Positions 30,371-38,531 of a stretch of 56,866 nt of DNA are shown piece after piece. The notes below the pieces were generated by a model that saw only the letters and a program-made list of their open reading frames with translations, did no database searches and was not told the DNA's origin. The translations under genes and the position numbers were made by a program. Every line of letters begins with the position of its first letter. The stretch's first letter is position 1. The stretch is from an uncultured Caldisericota bacterium. Lineage in GTDB: Bacteria; Caldisericota; Caldisericia; UBA6126. The stretch lies in contig CAZOYI010000230.1 in NCBI GenBank assembly GCA_964583965.1, positions 1 to 56,866 of the forward strand, given 5' to 3'.

Positions 30371-31137
30371 GCGATATTGACCTTACCAGACTAATCATTG
30401 CTTACAGTCTCGTCTTCATGCTATATCTCTTTTTAAAAATCCGTAAAATCCCACAAGAAAAATTACTTCTTGTTGCATCTTTCCGTATGACTATTCAGCT
30501 TGTTTTGGCTGGTTATCTTTTGCGGTTCATCTTTCAGATTAACAATACATGGTTAACCCTTGGCATCATACTATTAATGGTCATGTTTGCTATATTGAAT
30601 GTAAAAAAATTAGCACAAAAAAAGCTCACTCCTTCTATGGTAAAAAGCATCGTCGTAAGTTTATCAACCGGAACAATACTGGTTCTTGTCTTCTTTCTAA
30701 TAGCCGTTGTTAATCCCCCTTCATTGTTTGATCCACGATACTGGATTCCTTTAGCTGGGATGATTATCGGCAATGCGATGACGGGAATCTCCATCGGATT
30801 GAAAACATTACTGGACAACGTTGGCTCCAATAGGGATCAAATACAAACATCTCTGCACCTAGGGGCAGAGCCTCAAGAGGCAATACGGGGTATTGTTAAT
30901 AAAAGCTTCGAAGCAGCTATACTTCCTACCTTGAATTCTATGCTAGGGATGGGGATTATTTTTTTACCCGGCATGATGAGTGGTCAGATTATTGCGGGTT
31001 CGTCCCCAATAACAGCAATACGGTATCAAATTGGCATTATGTTAGGAATTTCTGGAAGCGTATCATTAAGCGTTTATCTTTTTTCAATCACCATTTGGAA
31101 AAGTTTTTTTAATGAAAAAAAGCAGTTTACACCGTAA
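30367..31137 (+). CDS. fetB: ABC transporter permease, FetB/YbbM (UPF0014) family
   Basis: RMTIQL, IPLAGMIIGNAM, LPGMMSGQIIAG.SP..AIRYQI. Confidence 0.9.
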   Translation: MSDIDLTRLIIAYSLVFMLYLFLKIRKIPQEKLLLVASFRMTIQLVLAGYLLRFIFQINNTWLTLGIILLMVMFAILNVKKLAQKKLTPSMVKSIVVSLSTGTILVLVFFLIAVVNPPSLFDPRYWIPLAGMIIGNAMTGISIGLKTLLDNVGSNRDQIQTSLHLGAEPQEAIRGIVNKSFEAAILPTLNSMLGMGIIFLPGMMSGQIIAGSSPITAIRYQIGIMLGISGSVSLSVYLFSITIWKSFFNEKKQFTP

Positions 31138-31225
31138 ATCTCTTCTTTGGTAAAATTTGCATTGTTTTTGTGATATTATGTAAAGTATGTCCTTAAAATG
31201 CCAATCACGTTTTTTGGAGGATTAT

Positions 31226-32770
31226 ATGAAGGAAACACTCAAAGATTTGGGTATTGAAGATGTGAATTACGGAGCATGCTTAGGTCTTGACAACCAATGG
31301 ATCAAAACACATGGTGAAACAATTACAAGCTATTCACCCATTGATGGACAACCTCTAGCATCTGTTATTCAAGCTACAACAGAAGAATACTCCCAAGCTG
31401 TTGAACAAGCACAAAAAGCATTTCTTCAATGGCGTATGATTCCTGCTCCCCAAAGAGGTTTAATAGTCCGAGACATCGGAATTGAGTTACGTAAATACAA
31501 ACAACCCCTGGGTACATTGATCTCTATTGAAATGGGGAAAATACTTCAAGAAGGTCTTGGTGAGGTACAAGAAATGATTGACATTGCAGATTTTGCAGTA
31601 GGGCAAAGTCGTATGTTGTATGGATCAACAATGCACAGCGAAAGACCTTTGCATCGAATGTACGATCAGTACCATCCATATGGATCTATTGGAATCATCA
31701 CTTCATTTAACTTCCCCGTAGCAGTTTGGTCTTGGAATGCTTTAATTGCATTTGCTTGTGGAGATACTTGCGTATGGAAACCAAGTTCAAAAACCCCTTT
31801 GTGCGCGATAGCTATCCAGAATATTGTGAATACAGTTTTTGCTAAGCACCAATTGCCTGGTATCAGTACTCTTGTTATTGGTTCCGGCGCAACCATAGGC
31901 GAAGCAATGATCCATGATCATCATCTTCCTTTGATCAGCGCAACTGGAAGCACAAGGATGGGTAAACGAATTGGTGAAGTAGTAGGTAGTCGTTTGGGTA
32001 GAACTATTCTAGAGCTTGGTGGTAACAATGCAATTATCGTTACCCCAGAAGCTGATTTGGAGCTTGCTCTTCATGCCTCATTGTTTGGAGCTGTTGGAAC
32101 TGCAGGTCAACGATGCACCTCCACACGAAGAATTATTATCCATAAAGATGTAAAGGATCAATTTTTACCATCCCTTATACATGCCTATGAACAGATTCAT
32201 ATAGGAAATCCGCTTCATCCATCCGTAAACATGGGACCTTTGATTGATGAACAAGCAGTCAACCAAATGAAACATGCCATTGAACAATCCAAAAAAGAAG
32301 GAAGCACCATTCTATACGGTGGAGAACGTATAAGTATTGACGAATATCCTGGTGGCTTTTATGTTACTCCATGTATAGCAGATGTTCCGGGGAATATCCC
32401 CACTGTTCAAAATGAAACATTTGCACCACTCCTCTATATCATGACATATGATTCTTTTGACGATGCAATAAAACTCCACAACGATGTTCCACAAGGATTA
32501 AGTTCATCGATTTTTACAAATAATCTTCAGAATGCAGAGCTATTTTTGTCCCATCAGGGTTCAGATTGTGGTATTGCAAACGTGAATATCGGGACAAGTG
32601 GTGCAGAAATTGGTGGTGCTTTTGGTGGTGAAAAAGAAACAGGAGGGGGTCGAGAATCCGGCTCTGACGCGTGGAAAGCTTATATGCGAAGACAAACAAA
32701 CACCATTAACTATGGAAAAGAGTTGCCTCTTGCTCAAGGAATTCAGTTTCATATCAAAGATTTGCATTAA
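31226..32770 (+). CDS. ALDH family 7 dehydrogenase (alpha-aminoadipate semialdehyde / piperideine-6-carboxylate type)
   Basis: EGLGEVQEMIDIADFAVG, FNFPVAVW, ELGGNNA, GQRCT, SDCGIANVNIGTSGAEIGGAFGGEKETGGGRESGSD. Confidence 0.92.
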   Translation: MKETLKDLGIEDVNYGACLGLDNQWIKTHGETITSYSPIDGQPLASVIQATTEEYSQAVEQAQKAFLQWRMIPAPQRGLIVRDIGIELRKYKQPLGTLISIEMGKILQEGLGEVQEMIDIADFAVGQSRMLYGSTMHSERPLHRMYDQYHPYGSIGIITSFNFPVAVWSWNALIAFACGDTCVWKPSSKTPLCAIAIQNIVNTVFAKHQLPGISTLVIGSGATIGEAMIHDHHLPLISATGSTRMGKRIGEVVGSRLGRTILELGGNNAIIVTPEADLELALHASLFGAVGTAGQRCTSTRRIIIHKDVKDQFLPSLIHAYEQIHIGNPLHPSVNMGPLIDEQAVNQMKHAIEQSKKEGSTILYGGERISIDEYPGGFYVTPCIADVPGNIPTVQNETFAPLLYIMTYDSFDDAIKLHNDVPQGLSSSIFTNNLQNAELFLSHQGSDCGIANVNIGTSGAEIGGAFGGEKETGGGRESGSDAWKAYMRRQTNTINYGKELPLAQGIQFHIKDLH

Positions 32771-34537
32771 ATGGTTGGCATAGAAAAACCCTCCATTGCT
32801 ATTATTCATAGTAAAAAAAGTGATCAAGATATTCTTTTATCTGCTTTAGCTCAATACACTGTCAAAACTATTATTTCATCTGACATTAATAAAAAACTTA
32901 TCGATGAAGAACGTCCCAATGTAATTTTAATTTTCCCACATCACAACACAAGCTATTTCCTTGAACAGATTCGTCACATACGTCAGCAAATTCTTTTAGA
33001 CCAATCCTGCATACTTGTTGTAGAAAAAGAAATGCACTCTGCAAAAATAGAATCGTATATGAAGGCTGGCTGTGACTTTGTAATCCCATACAATCAACTT
33101 GATCAATTACCAAGCCATATTGAAATATTCTTTACGATTTCTCGCTACCGCTCTGTTCAAAATATTGCTCAATGGGAATCTATTTTTCATCACTTTCAAC
33201 AACCTATTTTCTTGTGCGATGAGGACTTCCAAATTTACTTAGCCAACCATAGAGCCTGTAGTATAACACAGAACAATCAGCAATCAATGTTTGGTCTTTC
33301 TCTACTGGACTTTCTACCATCAAAACATGTTCATGAGATTCGTGCTCGATCCCATCGGTGTATTGCAAAAAACTCTGGTTTACACAATTTGCAAGTTTTC
33401 CTGAAAACATTTTCAGAAGATTTCATCCCATGCTCATTGTCGATACATTGCGTTGGAAAAATACAGAAAACAAAAAATGCTTTGTTATATGTGTTTCAAG
33501 AAAATAGTGAAATTGAATCCACTAAGCTAAAATCTTTTCTTCTTCAATCCGTTTTAGACAAAAGTGCAAGTTCAATATTGATTACAAATGCGCAAGGGAC
33601 AATATTTTATGCAAATCCAAGCTTTCTAAAAAAAGTTCAGTTGGATTCATCTGATGTTCTCAGCAGATCCTCTGAAGACCTTTCGAAGGAATATCAGCTT
33701 CATCTTAGAGAAGACGCTCTACCCTATACCAAGCTAGGATTTACATATTTCCAAGAAAATGACTACATTGACTCCAGTGGTAACTATATCCACGAACGAG
33801 AAAAAATCCTTCCTATTTTATTCAATCCGGACAAAAAGGATGGTTTTTTGATCCGTATTGCTGAATATGCACAACAAACTAAGGATCAAAATGAAACACA
33901 CAACCGTTGGTTCTATACAGTAATGAAAAGAATATCTGCTCAAATTGATACTTTTTGGAATACTCAGATTATTCCGCCTCAAGAACTGGCTAGATCCAAG
34001 AAAAACTCTGAGTTACTGGTCTCTATATTGCGAAGATGTAAAATTATGGAAGGATTTTGTACACTAAAACAGCATTCAACGTACAAATATGAGAAATGTT
34101 CCCTTAACGATCTTTTAAACAAAATCACTATAGCGTTCAGTGATTACAGCAGTATCATGTACCACCATCTGCAAAAAAACATACCAGAAGCAAAAATAGA
34201 CAAAGATAAAATAGAATTTGTTTTGATCTCTTTACTAGAGGCAATTTTTGAAAAATGGGAACCCAAACAAATTAGTTTCAACACATCTCCAAGTCGCAAT
34301 AGCATATTGTTTGTGTTGCGCATCGTACCCACAAAGGAAGACATTTCAGATAGCAAAGCATTTGTCATCTCTCTTCTAGAAAAAGAAATATGGATTGTGA
34401 AACAAATACTGAATACTCATCCAATTGGGTACGAAGTAAACAATGAGTTAAACGGTAGTTTTGCAATATTCTTCAATATTCCTTCTGTCAATGACAGCAT
34501 GGCTTACAAAGAACAAGAGATATCAGAACTATTATAA
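32771..34537 (+). CDS. Degenerate receiver-PAS-PAS-histidine-kinase-like protein
   Basis: N-terminal REC-like fold, two PAS-like segments (IFLCDEDFQIYLANH; ILITNAQGTIFYANPSF), and a kinase-like C-terminus lacking the H/N/G boxes. Confidence 0.65.
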   Translation: MVGIEKPSIAIIHSKKSDQDILLSALAQYTVKTIISSDINKKLIDEERPNVILIFPHHNTSYFLEQIRHIRQQILLDQSCILVVEKEMHSAKIESYMKAGCDFVIPYNQLDQLPSHIEIFFTISRYRSVQNIAQWESIFHHFQQPIFLCDEDFQIYLANHRACSITQNNQQSMFGLSLLDFLPSKHVHEIRARSHRCIAKNSGLHNLQVFLKTFSEDFIPCSLSIHCVGKIQKTKNALLYVFQENSEIESTKLKSFLLQSVLDKSASSILITNAQGTIFYANPSFLKKVQLDSSDVLSRSSEDLSKEYQLHLREDALPYTKLGFTYFQENDYIDSSGNYIHEREKILPILFNPDKKDGFLIRIAEYAQQTKDQNETHNRWFYTVMKRISAQIDTFWNTQIIPPQELARSKKNSELLVSILRRCKIMEGFCTLKQHSTYKYEKCSLNDLLNKITIAFSDYSSIMYHHLQKNIPEAKIDKDKIEFVLISLLEAIFEKWEPKQISFNTSPSRNSILFVLRIVPTKEDISDSKAFVISLLEKEIWIVKQILNTHPIGYEVNNELNGSFAIFFNIPSVNDSMAYKEQEISELL

Positions 34538-34934
34538 CACCTAGGATAAAACCTCCGAAAACCTCTACCATATTGTGTCCTATCAGCTCTTTAAATGGAA
34601 AATGAATAAACGGTTCATTGGGTTTACGGTTTAAGATATGATCATTAATGAATTTAGCATGTTTACCCACTTCTTGACGAACTCCAGTGGCATCTGCTAC
34701 CACAATTGAGCTTAAAATAAAACTGATCGCAAAGAAGAGTGAAGACAAACCGCAATCAATAGCAATTCGCATTGTAAGAGCAGTCACGGTGGCGGTATGA
34801 GAACTTGGAAACTTACCATTTACAAAAAGTAGAGAGATATCCCACTTACCGTTTTGAATTCTTTCGATAATTGGTTTAAGCCCTTGAGCACAAACATTTG
34901 CAATTACTGCAACCCAAAAAGAACAGTTAAACAT
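34488..34934 (-). CDS. Divergent PAP2 family protein (DUF212)
   Basis: AQGLK, GKFPSSHTA, DATGVRQEVGKHA..N, KELIGH..VEV..G. Confidence 0.9.
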   Translation of the reverse strand: MFNCSFWVAVIANVCAQGLKPIIERIQNGKWDISLLFVNGKFPSSHTATVTALTMRIAIDCGLSSLFFAISFILSSIVVADATGVRQEVGKHAKFINDHILNRKPNEPFIHFPFKELIGHNMVEVFGGFILGVIIVLISLVLCKPCCH

Positions 34935-34948
34935 GCGAAACCACCCTT

Positions 34949-35169
34949 CTAAAAAGGAATAAACCGTAGCGCGGAGAGAACCAGCAAACAGCAAGCAACT
35001 CCGTATAGATATTTTTCATACGATATTTCCCTCTTTTTTTGCTGTTGCAAACAAGATGAAAAAAAAGTTCTAGATTGCATAATTCTGGAATAAACAGACT
35101 TTGAAAATCCTAAAATGCCAAACCAGATGCCACTTAAAAGAAAAAAAGCAAAAAAAGAAAATGCATCAT
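34949..35169 (-). pseudogene. Small two-TM membrane protein ORF interrupted by a 1-nt frameshift in a T7 tract
   Basis: ATG 35169 frame gives MMHFLFLLFFF*. One extra T in the tract at 35141-35147 gives a 73-aa ORF ending at TAG 34949. Confidence 0.4.
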
Positions 35170-35224
35170 TCTTTTAAATCAGACTCTTTTATAGTGTAGG
35201 TTGAAGGCATTAAACTTTCAAAAT

Positions 35225-35299
35225 CTACTTGGGGAGGAATGGGATAAATTGGTCCAATTTAAAAATTGTTTGAGAATTGTGTGTAATTATAGCATGCAT
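35225..35299 (-). CDS. Putative 24-aa small protein MHAIITHNSQTIFKLDQFIPFLPK
   Basis: AGGAGG SD overlaps the upstream stop codon and sits 7 nt before ATG 35299. Confidence 0.4.
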   Translation of the reverse strand: MHAIITHNSQTIFKLDQFIPFLPK

Positions 35300-35310
35300 A
35301 ATATATCCTC

Positions 35311-36558
35311 CTAAACTATCGAAATATTTGCTTTCGAAGCAAAGGCTTCATTGCAAAAAAGTGGGTATATAGGGTGCTTAGAACAGCCCATGTATCCATC
35401 TCCAAACATATTCATCGTATTCGTTTGGATATGTAAGGGTGGAACACGACCCAATAGGTTTTCTCCATCAGTTAAATATGCCACCTTTGTGAAACAGGAA
35501 AAATCTCCGGATATAGAGTGATGAATCTCTTTTACATTGACCACCAGAATTCCAAGATTCCCTTGCAGTACATCGATCAATGTTTCATGAGTTTGCCGTA
35601 GCTGAAAATGAGATATTCCTGGGAATGGAACTCGATTATATGCTCCTACGGCATTGGAAGTTAATGGCAATTGATAATGTTTTGCGGTTCTTTTGTCAGT
35701 GAAAGGCGCAACGAGTACTCCTTCTTTGATCAAAGGGTACCGGAAGGGTGCTAAAGGACTTTCTTCCAATCGCAAAATAGTTCCTTCCATATCAAAAAAT
35801 GGAGTAATCAAGTTTTCAATATCATGAGATGAATAGAGTGTGAAAGTGGGGTGAAACAATAGATGATTTAGTTTACCACTAAATCTTGAAGTACCATTTC
35901 CTACTCTTTCTCCGTGCAAATGATGAAACAACTCTGTAAAAGGAGAGCGATGGGCACAAGAAAAAATGACGGGCATGCATGGTTCATCTTTGATCTTTAC
36001 TTCCTTCGCCCACGCATCTCCCATGAGCTTTACCGCATCAGCAAAAACATCTCTAGAAAATCTCCTCCCTCGATAGAAAAAGGGGACTGGTACGGGAGAA
36101 TCTTGATGAGTAAAATACATGTTGATCATGATATAGTGATCTTTGTAACGTAGTTTAAGGTTCATTTCATTTGTTAGGGACTCTTGTCGATCAATTAAAC
36201 TCATTTGGCCATGGAAAACACAATTTGGTAACCTGGTTTTTAATTCTTCTACGAATAAGACCATAGCTTCTTTGTAATCCTTTTCACTGGAAATTTCATA
36301 ATTGTATATTATTTTTTGCTGAAGACCCCCAGTACAATCCAAAGAATAGGGAGTTATTTTCGCATTCTGTAACGCTTTTTTTTCTAATTGTACCAAGGAG
36401 TATTCTTTTTCAGTAGTACCAGCAACCCCAAGAAGCCCCGTTACATATAAGCGTAATCCAGTTACGTCTTCGGATCGCAAATAATCTGAGACAATTTTGT
36501 CATTTTTAAACTTAACATTCTGATCCTTAATGCTCTTCTCATAGAATTCTTTGATCAC
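35311..36558 (-). CDS. TldD/PmbA family protein (PmbA/TldE-like, no HExxxH)
   Basis: TGLRLY..GLLGVAG, PFFDMEGT, LIKEGVL, GDFS, AYLTDGENLLGRVP. GTG start overlaps the upstream TGA. Confidence 0.75.
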   Translation of the reverse strand: MIKEFYEKSIKDQNVKFKNDKIVSDYLRSEDVTGLRLYVTGLLGVAGTTEKEYSLVQLEKKALQNAKITPYSLDCTGGLQQKIIYNYEISSEKDYKEAMVLFVEELKTRLPNCVFHGQMSLIDRQESLTNEMNLKLRYKDHYIMINMYFTHQDSPVPVPFFYRGRRFSRDVFADAVKLMGDAWAKEVKIKDEPCMPVIFSCAHRSPFTELFHHLHGERVGNGTSRFSGKLNHLLFHPTFTLYSSHDIENLITPFFDMEGTILRLEESPLAPFRYPLIKEGVLVAPFTDKRTAKHYQLPLTSNAVGAYNRVPFPGISHFQLRQTHETLIDVLQGNLGILVVNVKEIHHSISGDFSCFTKVAYLTDGENLLGRVPPLHIQTNTMNMFGDGYMGCSKHPIYPLFCNEAFASKANISIV

Positions 36559-36962
36559 ATTGGCATCCTTACATGTAAGCAATTTCTCGCTTTTTGGGTA
36601 GAGCTACCTAATCGAATATACGCATCCCCATTCCAGGTAGCCATCTGTTGGGTTGATATGCTAGCGGGTAATGACCTGACAACAATTAGCCATATTGACC
36701 GTGAATCAACCCGGACAATTTCTTCTTTTAAACAAATAGAATTCCATTGTAGCTTTGTAGCTTGGAATTCTTCTAGATCGTTTAGAGAGGGCTTAAAACC
36801 AACAATGTCGCCGTGATCTGAAACTCCAACTAAAAGAAATCCCCCGCAAGTATTCAGAAATGCACAAATTGTTTTATACATACCATCGCAAGGTATTTCT
36901 TTAAACTCTACACAATCGCATTCACCTTGTAAAATTAAAGATCGAAGTTGTTTACTTTTCAT
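36555..36962 (-). CDS. Stand-alone Schlafen AlbA_2 domain protein
   Basis: GECDCVEFKE, KTICAFLNT.GG.LLVGVSD.G.IVG, YIRLGSST. Confidence 0.85.
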   Translation of the reverse strand: MKSKQLRSLILQGECDCVEFKEIPCDGMYKTICAFLNTCGGFLLVGVSDHGDIVGFKPSLNDLEEFQATKLQWNSICLKEEIVRVDSRSIWLIVVRSLPASISTQQMATWNGDAYIRLGSSTQKARNCLHVRMPM

Positions 36963-37031
36963 TTTTGTTCATCATATTCATTTAGTGACTTTACACACTA
37001 TATTACAATTTTTGATACAAAAGGCGAAAAT

Positions 37032-38531
37032 ATGTTGATTTACGGAGCAAAAATCTACAATCCTCAAAGTGCTTGTTATGATCGTATGGATATGCGATTT
37101 ACAGAAGTAGCAATTGAAGAATGTGAACCTTGGGGAATTCTTCAACCACAAAAAAATGAGTTTGCTATAAAAGGTAATGATTTGTTTCTATATCCAGGCT
37201 TTATTGATAGTCATTGCCACTTAATGGGAACAGGAGAAAAATACCTTTCACCTACTTTAATTGGAATTCAATCATCCCAAAAATTAAAACAAATCATTTT
37301 CCATCAGCTTCAAAAACAAAGCGGGGTTTTACTTAGAGGTTGGGACGAGGAAATACTGGGTTTTGTTCCTACAAGAAAGATATTGGACACATATAGTAAC
37401 GAACCCATCATACTGATTCGAAAGTGTGGACATATTGCAACCGTAAATACCGCTGCTATTCACCAATATAGTTTAACTACACTGGATGGGAAAGACGAAA
37501 CCTCAATTAAAGAGGGGATTATTTGTGAAAATGCATTACTTCTATTAAAAGAAAAACGTTCTCAGGATCTTTCGTTTGAAAAAGAGTGTCTTCTTGAAGG
37601 TGCAAAAAGATTCCAAAAGTACGGAGTCACCTCGGTTCATAGTGAAGACTGGAATCCAAGACGATTACAAAGCTTTGTTGATCACGGTTCAGTACAACTT
37701 CCTTGCAGATTATTTGAGAAAATATCGATCCAAAATATTGCAGAATTAGCTCTATGGGTTCAAACAAAAGAATTGATTCAAACTGCTTCCCCAAAGAATA
37801 TCGATGTCAGAAAAATGATTAAATTATATATGGATGGCTCGATAGGGGGTCGTACAGCATGCTTATCTACCCCATACAAAGATACTGGGAAAAATGGAAT
37901 TCAATACTACTCAGTAGATGAATTAAAAAGGATTATTGAATTTGCAAACCATTCTCAACTTCAGGTTTGCATTCATACAATAGGGGATAAGGCATTAAAA
38001 GCAGTTTTAGAAAGTTTTGACTCTAATCAACATCGAGAATTACGCCACCGCATCATTCACGCACAATTTGCCTCTCATGAACAGATACAAAAGCTTAAAG
38101 ACGCTGAGTTTGAAATCAGTATACAACCTTGTTTTTATCAATCGGATCTACAAATCGTCAGTAAACTATTAGATCTTGATTTTATCCACGAAGTTGGCTA
38201 TCCATACAAACAAATTGCAATTCAGAATCTTCTGTATTCACTTTCAACGGATTCTCCGGTCGAATCAGAAAATCCTTTTCATAATTTATGGCATGCAGAA
38301 AACTATATGTCTCGAAAAAAAGCCTTTTATGCTTATACTATTGCTGGAGCCCGTCAAATTTTCCAAGAAAATTCGTTAGGACAGTTAAAGAAAGGGTACA
38401 AAGCAGATTTTTTTGTCTTAAAGAAAGATCTATTTAAAATACCCAAAGAAGAATTAATACCCATACAGCCATACAAAGTTTTTTTTGATGGTAGAGAAGT
38501 AGGAGGAGATCAAGATGCTGGAACAATATGA
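37032..38531 (+). CDS. Metal-dependent amidohydrolase (YtcJ-like, Amidohydro_3)
   Basis: PGFIDSHCH, KLYMDGSIGGRTA, HTIGD, RIIHAQ, TDSP, GYKADF. Confidence 0.92.
   Translation: MLIYGAKIYNPQSACYDRMDMRFTEVAIEECEPWGILQPQKNEFAIKGNDLFLYPGFIDSHCHLMGTGEKYLSPTLIGIQSSQKLKQIIFHQLQKQSGVLLRGWDEEILGFVPTRKILDTYSNEPIILIRKCGHIATVNTAAIHQYSLTTLDGKDETSIKEGIICENALLLLKEKRSQDLSFEKECLLEGAKRFQKYGVTSVHSEDWNPRRLQSFVDHGSVQLPCRLFEKISIQNIAELALWVQTKELIQTASPKNIDVRKMIKLYMDGSIGGRTACLSTPYKDTGKNGIQYYSVDELKRIIEFANHSQLQVCIHTIGDKALKAVLESFDSNQHRELRHRIIHAQFASHEQIQKLKDAEFEISIQPCFYQSDLQIVSKLLDLDFIHEVGYPYKQIAIQNLLYSLSTDSPVESENPFHNLWHAENYMSRKKAFYAYTIAGARQIFQENSLGQLKKGYKADFFVLKKDLFKIPKEELIPIQPYKVFFDGREVGGDQDAGTI

Noticed and set aside
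35311-36962. Frameshifted AlbA_2-PmbA fusion gene
   Set aside because: The junction is a standard GTGA stop/start overlap with an AAGGA SD, which fits two coupled genes.
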